Origin: Bdellovibrio sp.
Lineage (GTDB): Bacteria > Bdellovibrionota > Bdellovibrionia > Bdellovibrionales > Bdellovibrionaceae
DNA length: 64,000 nucleotides
Direction: 5' to 3'
Assembly: GCA_036676395.1 (NCBI GenBank)
Contig: JAKFCY010000002.1
Span: forward strand, 1,120,001 to 1,184,000
Shown here one piece after another: positions 34,876-44,886 of the stretch. A program made the translations under genes and the position numbers. Below the pieces are notes generated by a model. It was not told where the DNA came from, did no database searches, and saw only the letters and a list, made by a program, of their open reading frames with translations. Position 1 is the first letter of the stretch. Each line of letters opens with the position of its first letter.

Positions 34876-37228
34876 TTCGGCTAAATTATTATTTTCAGCA
34901 GTCTTGTTTTTAGGGCTTGTTGGTTGCGACAAATTTTTAAAGGGTAAACCACAGCCTCCTAAGATTGTTGAAATTCAAGCTGGTGATCTTGATTGTGTTA
35001 AAAATGTTCAGGCTGATTTTAAAAAATTAGTTGAATCACAAGCAAGCGAACAGGATATCGACAATTCATTTTCATGTTTATACCGTACGTTAGATCAATT
35101 TAAGAACCGCGCTGAAGGAAGCCGTGATCCGAACGCATTTACGAATAGCGATCTATTTACCATCTTTGATACATTTTTTAAAGATGCCAAAGTTTCACAA
35201 CAAGCGACTGATAATTTGTTAATTCTGAAAAAGGCCTTATTGGGCGGCGTAGAAAATGAAATCTCTAAAACTGAATTAGATCTTTTAAAAGATTATCTTA
35301 AAGTTTTGCAAGTTGAAGTTAAAAACCTGTCTCCGTATATTAAAATCTTCACGTTCAAAAAAGAAGATGGCCCGTATGAACAAAAAACTTTAAATTTAGC
35401 TTTTTCGCAATTGCGCAGTTCTTTAAAAACACTTTTAACGGCTTCTAAAATTCCGCGTGCTGAATACAATTTCGAAGATGTAAAACAATTAACGACAAGC
35501 TTAAATATCGTTGAAGACCAAGAAGATCAAAAATTATTAGACCTGGTCGAAAACGTGGTTAATTTACTTGCTGGCGTTGAGCCGCTTAAAAGCCAGACTG
35601 AATATATTCAATCGATTGACAATTTCGTCGACTTAGCAGCTCTTTATGCCAATGTTCTTTACACAGATATTAAATTTGAAATCACAGAGAAAAACCAATT
35701 AAATAAAATATTAGATTTTGCCGGACGATTGATTGATGTGCTTGAGGCTTCTGTTCAATATCAAAAGTCTAAGCAAATTCCAGTTAAGTTCTTAGACCCC
35801 ATCGTTGCTGAAGTGTTAAAAGCAAAAGTGATTCCTGTTGAAGTGACTGAGTCTACATTTTTGCGTTTTTACAAAATGGCTTTAATTCGTATTTTCAATG
35901 ATCAAAAAAATATTGATGTTTTAAGTTTTGAATCACTTCGCCCGGTCAATATTAGAAATATTAAACGTGAATATCATATTTTTAGAATTTACCAAGAGAT
36001 GATTAACGGCATTGATTTTACCTCTAAAACTTATCTTGCGCCGCCGGTATTAGCTGCAAAAATTAAAGCTTATAATTTCGTGCCAGCTTTAACTAAAACG
36101 ATTCAGACAAAACATCTTGACCAGGCGTTAATAAAAGATATTTCGTTAGGGCTAGAAGAACTGCGTGCCGAAGCAGTTACTCGTTTGCCGATTTTGTACC
36201 GCGATAAAAAATATGTCGTGGCGACGTCGCAAAATACCGCTGAAGTAGATTGGGAAGACGTCAGTCGGGCTCATTACGTCAAAATGCTGGCGCGTGAACT
36301 AATGCTTGGCTGGGCGCAGTTAGACCCAAGCTTAAACCTTTATAAAAGCCACATGGTTAAAAAGAACTTTACGGATTGGTATGCAGACTTTAAAGAATTT
36401 GCCATCGAGACGAAGCTGTTTGATCCGCGCGCAACTGACAATGGGGCTGATAACTTCATGCAAGCTGATCTGTTTACCTATGCTGGTAACGGCGATAATC
36501 AATTAAGCTACCCCGAAGTGTTGCAGTTTGTGAACATGCTGTTATCGGGCGGTTCTGAGTTAACGACGCAGATTCAAGACGTGATGACTAAAGCGGGCTG
36601 CAGCTTACAGCAATTAGATATTTTTGGTAAACCTTGGTTTGATGAAAAATGCTTTTTAAAAAATATTAGATCAAATTCAACAGCTTTATTTTCACATATT
36701 TATTTATTCGGTAATTACGTGAAGTCTTTAAACGAACAAGAATACCTAGGTTTTTACACAGAACTAATGAGTGTAGCCCGTTTAAAAGCAGACACCGTTG
36801 GTCGTATTGAAACTGCAGATATTCGTGCATTTTCATTGTTATCGATGTTTATTGACTCATTATTTACAATCTATGATGTGCGTGCGCCATTTGGACAAGT
36901 AGATCCAGGCGAAATTCGCACTTCTTATCCGCGCTTCAAAGCCTTTGTTGCTGATTATATTAAAAAGCCTGATGTTGCTGAGAAGCTAAAAGATTGGGAT
37001 GCTTGGTATAATGTTTGTAAACTTTCGCACACCAAAGAAGAGTTCATTCAAGAAGCTTTTATTTTCTTGGTCTATAACGGTCGCATTCCCGAGCGCGCAG
37101 ATGTAAGTCTAACGTGCAATTTCGGCGACATTTTTAACTTTGAAGGTAACGTTGACCGCCGTGGGATTATTAGTACTTTTCAAATCTTAAAAGATGAAAT
37201 AGCCTTAGGAAATGCCGGCAAAAATTAA
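34865..37228 (+). CDS. Large hypothetical lipoprotein
   Basis: Lipobox LVGC; 787 aa, largely helical; overlaps upstream gene. Confidence 0.7.
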   Translation: MISNSAKLLFSAVLFLGLVGCDKFLKGKPQPPKIVEIQAGDLDCVKNVQADFKKLVESQASEQDIDNSFSCLYRTLDQFKNRAEGSRDPNAFTNSDLFTIFDTFFKDAKVSQQATDNLLILKKALLGGVENEISKTELDLLKDYLKVLQVEVKNLSPYIKIFTFKKEDGPYEQKTLNLAFSQLRSSLKTLLTASKIPRAEYNFEDVKQLTTSLNIVEDQEDQKLLDLVENVVNLLAGVEPLKSQTEYIQSIDNFVDLAALYANVLYTDIKFEITEKNQLNKILDFAGRLIDVLEASVQYQKSKQIPVKFLDPIVAEVLKAKVIPVEVTESTFLRFYKMALIRIFNDQKNIDVLSFESLRPVNIRNIKREYHIFRIYQEMINGIDFTSKTYLAPPVLAAKIKAYNFVPALTKTIQTKHLDQALIKDISLGLEELRAEAVTRLPILYRDKKYVVATSQNTAEVDWEDVSRAHYVKMLARELMLGWAQLDPSLNLYKSHMVKKNFTDWYADFKEFAIETKLFDPRATDNGADNFMQADLFTYAGNGDNQLSYPEVLQFVNMLLSGGSELTTQIQDVMTKAGCSLQQLDIFGKPWFDEKCFLKNIRSNSTALFSHIYLFGNYVKSLNEQEYLGFYTELMSVARLKADTVGRIETADIRAFSLLSMFIDSLFTIYDVRAPFGQVDPGEIRTSYPRFKAFVADYIKKPDVAEKLKDWDAWYNVCKLSHTKEEFIQEAFIFLVYNGRIPERADVSLTCNFGDIFNFEGNVDRRGIISTFQILKDEIALGNAGKN

Positions 37229-38372
37229 ACAGTCTCATTGGGCTCTCGTATTCGCTTTTGCAAGCTTGTTTACGCTGGGTCTTGCCGACAATATTCGGGG
37301 AACCTTATTTCCCGAAATATTAAATCAATTTAAAGTTTCAAATACGCTCGGTTCGTGGTTGTTTGCGGCCTCTTCTGGTGCAGCATTTGTGGCTGGTATC
37401 ACTTCAACGGCTTACTTGCGCCGATATAAAATATCATCATTGTTATTTACTGGGGTATTGCTCTTAGCTGTTGGCTTAGCCGTAATGGGCTTTGCAGTGA
37501 GCTTTAGCTGGTTAATCGCCGGCAGTCTATTTTTAGGGCTTGGTATCGGCTATATGGGAGTCGCTCAGAACTTATTAGTGGCTGAAGGTGTTGACCGTAA
37601 AGTGCGTTCGCGCGCTTTATCAGGTTTACATGGCATGTACGGTTTAGCCAGTTTTATCGCTCCAATGCTTGCCGCAGCTACAACGCAAACCTTTGGTAAA
37701 TGGAGTGGCGCTTTTTACGTTGTGGCCATCGTAAGTGTATTGTTTTTAGTGGCGCAGTTATTAATCGTACCGAATCCTACGTTTGTTGTGCATGCGCCGA
37801 TCGCCAGCACTGATGACATCGGTAAAAAAAGAATTTCTAAAAAAGCCTTAACGATGGTGAGTTTCTTTTTTGGCTTTTATGTCGTGGCTGAAATTTTAAT
37901 TTCTTCGCGCTTAGCCCTTTACATGCGCACTTATTATCAGATGGATCTTACGCAATCAGCCTGGTATGTGACTTTGTTTTTTTTATTTCTATTGATCGGT
38001 CGTGTCTCGTTTGCCTTTTTTCATTTGCCATTTGCATTAAAGTCGCAATTAAACGGGTTTTTAATTGGAACTCTAATTCTTCTTATCATGGGGCTGAAAT
38101 TGCACCCGATTTTTCTGGTGATGTCAGGTTTAACGATGGCTCCCTATTATCCATTATGCGTTTCATACATTTCAGAAATTTCAGGAGAGTTAAGTCGCAC
38201 GTTTTTATCAATCGCTATGAGTTTTCAAAGTTTAGCCGTTGTGGTCATGCATTTAGGTGTAGGCTACATGACGGATCAATATGGTTTGGCCTTTGCGCTA
38301 GGAGTAGGGTTATTATCCCTAATAATTTCAATAATATGTTTAAGCTTTCACCCACAAAAATTAACAGTTTAA
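37212..38372 (+). CDS. MFS transporter
   Basis: About twelve hydrophobic segments; LHGMYGLASFIAP, GYMTDQYG. Confidence 0.8.
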   Translation: MPAKIKQSHWALVFAFASLFTLGLADNIRGTLFPEILNQFKVSNTLGSWLFAASSGAAFVAGITSTAYLRRYKISSLLFTGVLLLAVGLAVMGFAVSFSWLIAGSLFLGLGIGYMGVAQNLLVAEGVDRKVRSRALSGLHGMYGLASFIAPMLAAATTQTFGKWSGAFYVVAIVSVLFLVAQLLIVPNPTFVVHAPIASTDDIGKKRISKKALTMVSFFFGFYVVAEILISSRLALYMRTYYQMDLTQSAWYVTLFFLFLLIGRVSFAFFHLPFALKSQLNGFLIGTLILLIMGLKLHPIFLVMSGLTMAPYYPLCVSYISEISGELSRTFLSIAMSFQSLAVVVMHLGVGYMTDQYGLAFALGVGLLSLIISIICLSFHPQKLTV

Positions 38373-39373
38373 TTTTATTCTTTTTATTTTTCGCTAATTT
38401 CTTGATCGCTGATCAAGTGCTTGCCCAGTTTTTATATTCGCGCGGTGCTGTCGTTAGCGGCTACATCGACGAACAGTATTTATCAGCAACAAGTGAAACC
38501 AACATGTGGGAAGTCGGCGAAATTTTGCCGATTATTTCACAGAATTCAAAAATCGGTGTATTTGCCTTTGTTGAAGTGCAAAATGTTAAAACTATTAAAT
38601 ATGGCCATTACGAATTGCGCTTAAAACTTTTACGCCAATCGCGAAAATATTTAATTCAAAAAGGCGATATTATCAAAAAACTAGATATGTCGACTTACAA
38701 CGAAGAATTCATCGGAACCACAGACCTGATCGTTAAAAAAAGTGAATTAAATATTTCTTCTAAATATCGTCCGCTTTTTTACCAAGGTCTCTCGATCGGT
38801 GAAACAGCACAGGCGCTTTATAAAAATGAATTTCTGATCAATTACATAGGTAATATGTATTTCGGAGCCACAGACTGGTTAACAGTAGGAACTTTTGCTC
38901 CGGGTAATTTAATCGACCGACCGAACGCCAACTTTAAGGGTCGTTTCTGGAATTCAGATTCGACGACTTTGGCCGCAGGTTTAAGTTACGTGGATTTACA
39001 AAAAGAAGAAGAAGCTACCCTGAATCTGAACTTCTGGTGGGATTCAACTTCATCAGATACGCTGATATCACATACTTTCTTAAGTTTAGGTTTAGTTAAA
39101 TGGGAAGGCGCCAAAGATGCCGCTGCTATTAAGGCCTTAGGTTCAAGTTCATTCCAGACCGGTTACGAAGTGATTCGTTCTGACTGGGATCGCGTATTGA
39201 TTGGTCCCAATTACAACTTTGAAAGAAAAGCCCTCGGGGGATTCTTATCTTATGTTTGGATTTATGACCGCTTTCATGCGCAAGTTTCAGTGAATGCGAC
39301 AGATATCACAAAATTTAAATTAGATCCGCGCGATGGTTATTACGGCTTTTTTGATTTTTACTGGAGATTTTAA
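38336..39373 (+). CDS. Hypothetical exported protein (possible beta-barrel)
   Basis: Signal-like N-terminus from Met 38336; C-terminal FYWRF. Confidence 0.6.
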   Translation: MFKLSPTKINSLILFFLFFANFLIADQVLAQFLYSRGAVVSGYIDEQYLSATSETNMWEVGEILPIISQNSKIGVFAFVEVQNVKTIKYGHYELRLKLLRQSRKYLIQKGDIIKKLDMSTYNEEFIGTTDLIVKKSELNISSKYRPLFYQGLSIGETAQALYKNEFLINYIGNMYFGATDWLTVGTFAPGNLIDRPNANFKGRFWNSDSTTLAAGLSYVDLQKEEEATLNLNFWWDSTSSDTLISHTFLSLGLVKWEGAKDAAAIKALGSSSFQTGYEVIRSDWDRVLIGPNYNFERKALGGFLSYVWIYDRFHAQVSVNATDITKFKLDPRDGYYGFFDFYWRF

Positions 39374-40536
39374 TGCCACGCTTTTTTATTTCGTGTCAGC
39401 CACAATTAGAGCAAGACCTGTTAAATGAAATCGAAAGCTTTTGGCATTTGCTTATTGATTTAGATGGTCTGCCAACACGCTCACGCCCAGAAGTTGTATA
39501 TGAAGATGTGGGTGGGATCGAAATCGAATGCGAAAGCCATTTAGGGTTTCAGATTAATCTATTTTCAAAATTAGCAAATCGCGTGTTATGGCGTGTTCAT
39601 CATTTTGAAGCCCGCTATTTTGATCAGTTTGAAAAAGAACTTAAAAAATTTGATCTTAAGAAATTTATCGGCGAGCAAAAATTTAATTTTCATATAGAGT
39701 CTTCAAAATCGAGACTGTTTCACGAAAGTAATTTAGAAGAATCGGCTCATAAGATTTTAAAAAATGCCGTACAAAAAACGGACGACAGCTTATTGTCGTT
39801 ATATGTGCGTATCTTCAAAGATAATGTGATCTTAAGTTTAGACACTTCAGGAAAACATTTACACAAACGCGGTTATCGCAAAGAACAGGGTGAAGCGCCC
39901 ATTCGTGAAACCTTAGCGGCAAAAATGTATAATTTTTTATTAAAAAATGCAGCTAATGGCGAAATTAAATATTCGCCCCAAGATACAAACACGACAATTC
40001 TTGATCCTTTCTGCGGGGCGGGGACTTTGTTATTTGAAGCGGCTAGTTTTTTTCAGCCGAACTTAGTCACTAAATTTGATTTCGAACGTTTTACGCAGCT
40101 GCCTGGGTTATTAAAGTCTGATTCTTGGAAAAAGAATTTTAAGATCGCAAATCCTGCAAAAAATTCTTTTTTTGGTATTGAATTAGATACTAAAACTTTT
40201 GAAAAATTACAGAACAATCAAAAACTTTTTAAAGAGTATTTTTCGCAAGTCGATAATGAATTTACGTTCGTGCAAGGGGATTCAAAAACCTGCGATCTAT
40301 CAAGCTTAGCTAATAAAGATGTCTATGTTATTGCTAATCCGCCTTATGGTGAACGCTTAAAGAACAACGATGCAGAAGCTGTATTAACATCGCTTGAACG
40401 CATTCCGAACCTAAAAGGCCTTGTGGTCGTTCATCCAGCGCAGTGGAAATTGAATTTTTCACAGTTAAAAAACAAACAAAGCGAGAATTTTAACAACCAA
40501 GGGTTGGATCTAAAACTCACTTTATTTGCATTATAA
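39373..40536 (+). CDS. THUMP-domain RNA methyltransferase (RlmL/YpsC-like)
   Basis: SLDTSG.HLHKRGYR, APIRETLAA, DPFCGAGT, NPPYGER. Confidence 0.85.
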   Translation: MPRFFISCQPQLEQDLLNEIESFWHLLIDLDGLPTRSRPEVVYEDVGGIEIECESHLGFQINLFSKLANRVLWRVHHFEARYFDQFEKELKKFDLKKFIGEQKFNFHIESSKSRLFHESNLEESAHKILKNAVQKTDDSLLSLYVRIFKDNVILSLDTSGKHLHKRGYRKEQGEAPIRETLAAKMYNFLLKNAANGEIKYSPQDTNTTILDPFCGAGTLLFEAASFFQPNLVTKFDFERFTQLPGLLKSDSWKKNFKIANPAKNSFFGIELDTKTFEKLQNNQKLFKEYFSQVDNEFTFVQGDSKTCDLSSLANKDVYVIANPPYGERLKNNDAEAVLTSLERIPNLKGLVVVHPAQWKLNFSQLKNKQSENFNNQGLDLKLTLFAL

Positions 40537-40681
40537 TCCAAAAATGCCCCTAAATTACATACCAAAAGTGTAAACCTGCCATTCGGAGTAAAAGCTCTAG
40601 ACTTTACACTGATTTTTGTGTTTTCTACGCCACGTAAAAAAAATAATAAAAAGTCGTGTCATTACACGCAAAGGAAAACAC

Positions 40682-41317
40682 ATGAAAGCTATCGTAGCAT
40701 CATTAGTATTATTAGTTGGTCTTAACTCACAAGCAGGTCTTTTAACTTTAACTGCAGGTAACAAACAAATCGAAGGCGTGACGCTAAATCAAGGCGCTCA
40801 AGTCACTGGCTCTGATGTTAAAATGACATTAGTTGGTGCTGGTTTACGCGCTAAAACAGTATTATTTGTTCCAGCAAAAGTTTACGTTGCAGAATTATTC
40901 ACAGTTGATGCAACTAAATATTCTCGCGATAACAACGCTTTAAAATCTTTAGAAAATGCTTCTGTAACTGCAGTTCGTTTAACTTTCTTACGTGGTGTTG
41001 ATGCGGCAACTGTAGCTTCTTCTTACCGTGAAGCTTTAGTAGCTAACTCTGTTAATTTAAAAGACGCAGCTATTTCTCAGTTTTTAACTAACGTTGAAAA
41101 AGGTGGCGATGCTTCTTCTGGTAAATCTTTTGTAATGCTTTTAATCCAAACTAAAGAAGGCGGAACAAACTTATATTACGAAGATACAAAAGACCAAGTT
41201 TCAGTAGTTCAAGGTCCTCGCGCATTACAACAACAAATTCTTTCTATCTGGTTAGGTCAGTCAGCTGACTCTGGTTTAGAAAAATTAAAAAAATCTTTAT
41301 TAAACCCAGTTTACTAA
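40682..41317 (+). CDS. Chalcone-isomerase-like exported protein
   Basis: LVGAGLRAK..LF...KVYVA.LF, LTFLR.V, SIWLG; AAGGA RBS; signal peptide. Confidence 0.75.
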   Translation: MKAIVASLVLLVGLNSQAGLLTLTAGNKQIEGVTLNQGAQVTGSDVKMTLVGAGLRAKTVLFVPAKVYVAELFTVDATKYSRDNNALKSLENASVTAVRLTFLRGVDAATVASSYREALVANSVNLKDAAISQFLTNVEKGGDASSGKSFVMLLIQTKEGGTNLYYEDTKDQVSVVQGPRALQQQILSIWLGQSADSGLEKLKKSLLNPVY

Positions 41318-41337
41318 TTTTAAAGGCGTATTAAAAA

Positions 41338-42237
41338 ATGAAAAATCTTTTATTAGTATTAGCAATCGTAGTAGCTTCAGTAGGTTGCGGTAAATTACAC
41401 CGTGTTTTAGATGCCGCTGAATCTATTCCAGGTAAAATGGATTCTTTAAACACAGGTATGGGCGAAACAAACGACTCTGTGCGTTTGCAAAAACTTGGCA
41501 TTTTCGAAGCTATGGTTTTGGAAACAGATAACTACGAAATGTTAGCTCCGTTTCCAGCTGATTTAATGACTGGTGGTAAATTCTTAGGTGAAGCTTTAAC
41601 TGATGAAGAAGCATTACACTGGGTATTTAAATCGATCAAAAAAATCAACACTTACGATATCAACAGCAATCCGTTATTAGATGCTGCTGATGCAAAAACA
41701 CAGGCTAAATTTGACCATGATAAATTAGGTCTATATATGGCTGTGACTATCGTATCTGGTTACTTACGTGACAGTGTTATCGAACAAATCATTCAGCGTA
41801 TTTATACGTCTGATCGTTTTTCTCAAACGGGTATCCAAATCTTAGCTTTACGCGCTAAATTTTATAGCGATGTAATGTTGGGTGGATCTTTATACAGTGA
41901 GAAATTCTCAACTTTAGGTCATACAAAAGAAGCGATTGATTACAACGCTAAGATCGAGCGTATTGCTGCATTACCTTATGCACAATCAATCAAAGTTGAT
42001 ATCGTTGGTATGTTGACTGCAGAAATGAATGAAGCCATGACAGTTCAATTCGACGCTTCAATTGTTGCAAAAAACTGGGCTAAAATTAAAACGTTAGCTG
42101 AAGCTGGTTTTGAAGTTAAACCTATGTCTGGCAACAGCGCTGCTGATGCTGCTGAAGCAAAAAGACAAAAAGATACTTTTGGAAATATGATTTCTTTCTT
42201 AAATCAAAAAATCCAACAAACGCAAATTTTGAACTAA
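41338..42237 (+). CDS. Hypothetical lipoprotein
   Basis: Lipobox SVGC; followed by terminator. Confidence 0.7.
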   Translation: MKNLLLVLAIVVASVGCGKLHRVLDAAESIPGKMDSLNTGMGETNDSVRLQKLGIFEAMVLETDNYEMLAPFPADLMTGGKFLGEALTDEEALHWVFKSIKKINTYDINSNPLLDAADAKTQAKFDHDKLGLYMAVTIVSGYLRDSVIEQIIQRIYTSDRFSQTGIQILALRAKFYSDVMLGGSLYSEKFSTLGHTKEAIDYNAKIERIAALPYAQSIKVDIVGMLTAEMNEAMTVQFDASIVAKNWAKIKTLAEAGFEVKPMSGNSAADAAEAKRQKDTFGNMISFLNQKIQQTQILN

Positions 42238-42261
42238 GTTTAAAGCTTAGGTTAAATTTCT

Positions 42262-42296
42262 AAAAGCCATCGTCTTCACTGACGGTGGCTTTTTTT
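42262..42296. terminator. Bidirectional intrinsic terminator
   Basis: AAAAGCCATCGTC-ttcact-GACGGTGGCTTTTTTT between convergent genes. Confidence 0.85.
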
Positions 42297-42299
42297 ATT

Positions 42300-43457
42300 T
42301 TAGAACATGTACCCATCAAGCCAAAGATTCTTAGAAATCTTGGCTTTAAGCGGTACTTCGCCGGCATCGATGGCTTCGGGCGTGCGTATTTCGTATAAAG
42401 CATACGGCGTTTCGCTGTGTATTGTGCCGATCGGTGGGCGGTGTGTGTACATCGATTGTTCGTAGGTGTAGATCAAAAATTCGTTTTGACGGGATTGATC
42501 GTACGAAAATTTAACCATCGACTGAAACACTTCAGGATGTTCAAAAAACAAGAAGTGTAAAAATTGAAAGTTAAGGGTCTGTTCTTTTTGTGTGCGCGAA
42601 AAAGGACGGGTTAGTTTTCTGCCGACTCCGAAAAAAGAGGCAAACTTTAAGAACTGGCGAAAGTTATCAGACTGCTGGTTGTAGCTTTGCGGAAAGTAGT
42701 CTTGTAATAACGAAGAGCTTAAAGGGTAACAAACACCTACGATATTATCTTTAGCATCGCGGGCGACAACAAAATTTCTAAATGAATAAATTAAAGATTC
42801 GTGAATGTACTTTTCTAAATCTTCAATCATCGCAGCCGGTGCTAAATCAAGAGTTTTCATCTTTTCACTTAAATAGCGGACAAATTTTTTCTGATCCTGC
42901 TTTTCTAGAAAGCCCACTTTGATGTAAGGGTTTACTTTAAATAAAAGCGGGTAAAATCCGTGAATTGAAACTAAATTAAATTTGCGAATTAATTCATAAA
43001 AAGGTTTGTTTGATCTTTTTTGTTTCGTGCGAATGAAGGCATTGATAACTTGTGAACTTTCTAAGTTGATCGAGGTGATAAAATGATTCACTTTTTCAGT
43101 GAAAATTAATTTTTGCAGCTGCGGCAAAAAATGGCGTGACCAATTCAGAATCGCTTTGCGCTGGTGTGAAATTCTTAGGTCAAAGGCGTAAGACGTAGTT
43201 AATCTGGTTTTACCAACTTGCGTTTCTTGTAAAAGAAAACTGGCGGTGCCCAGAATTTCGTTATTTTGAAAGTCATTGGTTTCTTCTAAGATATAATTAT
43301 GAAATTTAAGCTGTAATCTTCGGTAAAGCGAAAAAAAATCAATCTGACGGCGAACTTTAACATCAAGTAAAGCCTGGGTCGGGATTTCGTAGAAAAAATT
43401 TCCTAACTTTTCAGAATCAACAGGGGTTGATTCGCGTAATACTATTTTTTCTTCCAC
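42300..43457 (-). CDS. Hypothetical protein, possibly GNAT fold
   Basis: 385-aa ORF; ILGTAS...YAFDLRI..QRK segment loosely resembles GNAT motif A. Confidence 0.5.
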   Translation of the reverse strand: MEEKIVLRESTPVDSEKLGNFFYEIPTQALLDVKVRRQIDFFSLYRRLQLKFHNYILEETNDFQNNEILGTASFLLQETQVGKTRLTTSYAFDLRISHQRKAILNWSRHFLPQLQKLIFTEKVNHFITSINLESSQVINAFIRTKQKRSNKPFYELIRKFNLVSIHGFYPLLFKVNPYIKVGFLEKQDQKKFVRYLSEKMKTLDLAPAAMIEDLEKYIHESLIYSFRNFVVARDAKDNIVGVCYPLSSSLLQDYFPQSYNQQSDNFRQFLKFASFFGVGRKLTRPFSRTQKEQTLNFQFLHFLFFEHPEVFQSMVKFSYDQSRQNEFLIYTYEQSMYTHRPPIGTIHSETPYALYEIRTPEAIDAGEVPLKAKISKNLWLDGYMF

Positions 43458-44011
43458 AAAATATCCTGCGTGTTGTGACGGTGATTAACAAATCGGGCAG
43501 CCGTGAATAAAAAATCGCTTAAACGATTTAGATAAATAATCACTTGTTCGTAATGCGGTTCTTGATTGGCCACTTCAACCGTGCGACGTTCGCATCTTCG
43601 GCAAAGCGTGCGGGCAACATGTAAGTGCGAACTTAATACATGGCCTGTAGGCAGAATAAAGTTTTTCAAAGGTTCTAATTCTGCCGTCATGATGTCGATG
43701 CTTTGTTCGAGCTGAATTGTATCTGCAGGATCAAGCTGTGGAAGCTTTTTAAAGACTTCCAAGTCTTGTGTGGCTAGCAGGCTACCGATGGTAAACATAT
43801 TATTTTGCACATCAAAGAGCAGGCGGCGTAAGGAAGTGTTGCTGAAATTCAACTGTTCATTGTTTTCAAGTAAGCTGAAAATTAAACCAAGATAAGAATT
43901 AAGTTCATCGGCAGTTCCGTAAGCTTCAACACGCGGATTGAATTTTTCGACGCAAGTGCCATCAACCAGTCTAGTTGTTCCTTTATCTCCGGTTTTCGTA
44001 TATATTTTCAT
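43442..44011 (-). CDS. Cob(I)alamin adenosyltransferase (PduO type)
   Basis: MKIYTKTGDKGTT, EAYGT.DELNS, FILP.G, ARTLCRRCER, YLNRLSDFLF. Confidence 0.92.
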   Translation of the reverse strand: MKIYTKTGDKGTTRLVDGTCVEKFNPRVEAYGTADELNSYLGLIFSLLENNEQLNFSNTSLRRLLFDVQNNMFTIGSLLATQDLEVFKKLPQLDPADTIQLEQSIDIMTAELEPLKNFILPTGHVLSSHLHVARTLCRRCERRTVEVANQEPHYEQVIIYLNRLSDFLFTAARFVNHRHNTQDILWKKK

Positions 44012-44058
44012 ATGTTAATTAGCTAACGTCTTTTAGAGTTAGTCAAGTTTAGGGGTAT

Positions 44059-44871
44059 ATGTCTGAACCAGTAATTCCATTTTTTGTAACGATGCCGCAC
44101 TCGGGAGAAAAAGTTCCCGATGAATGCACTTGGTTGCAGAATCTCGATGAAAAAATCTTGATGTGTGATGTGGATCGCTACATTGATGTGATCTATGAAC
44201 CCTCATTAATTAAGATGCATGTGCCTTATCATAAAACTGACTGGCATCGTTATGCGGTTGATTTAAATCGTATTCCTCAAGACATTGATTGCGACTCAGT
44301 GATTGGGTGTGAAAATAAATCCGGTTCGAACAGCCGCGGTTTTCACTGGGTTGTTACAACTTTGAACACTCCTTTAATGCAAAGCCCCATTTCCAAAGAG
44401 TTGCATAATAAACTGACTGATCTAATTTATACCCCTTTTCATGATGGCGTAAAAAAACTTTATGCAGACTATATGAAGAAGGGATTTCAGCATGTTTTTC
44501 ATTTGGATGCCCACTCGATGCCCTCTTTGGGAACAAATCAGCATAAAGACCCAGGTCAATATCGTGCTGATATTGTAATCAGTGATAATCTGGGTGTGAG
44601 TTGTGATTCTCGCTATAAAGACTTAGTCATTGAAGCGTACAAAGCCGTCGGATTTTCGATCAGTTATAATTGGCCCTACATGGGCGGTCGTGTGACTCAG
44701 GAATACGGTAAGCCAGAAGTCGGACAGCAGGCTCTTCAAGTTGAGCTGAACCGCGCTTTATATATGGATGAAGTGACCAAAAAAATAAAACCAGATTATG
44801 TTGTGGTGCAAGAGCAAGTATTCAAGGCACTCGAACACATAAAAAGAGAACTTCCCAATTTGAAAATCTAG
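44059..44871 (+). CDS. N-formylglutamate amidohydrolase
   Basis: PHSG, DRYID, RYAVDLNR, DAHSMPS, NWPYMGG, LQVELNRALY. Confidence 0.88.
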   Translation: MSEPVIPFFVTMPHSGEKVPDECTWLQNLDEKILMCDVDRYIDVIYEPSLIKMHVPYHKTDWHRYAVDLNRIPQDIDCDSVIGCENKSGSNSRGFHWVVTTLNTPLMQSPISKELHNKLTDLIYTPFHDGVKKLYADYMKKGFQHVFHLDAHSMPSLGTNQHKDPGQYRADIVISDNLGVSCDSRYKDLVIEAYKAVGFSISYNWPYMGGRVTQEYGKPEVGQQALQVELNRALYMDEVTKKIKPDYVVVQEQVFKALEHIKRELPNLKI

Positions 44872-44886
44872 GGGTACTTTTTCCCT

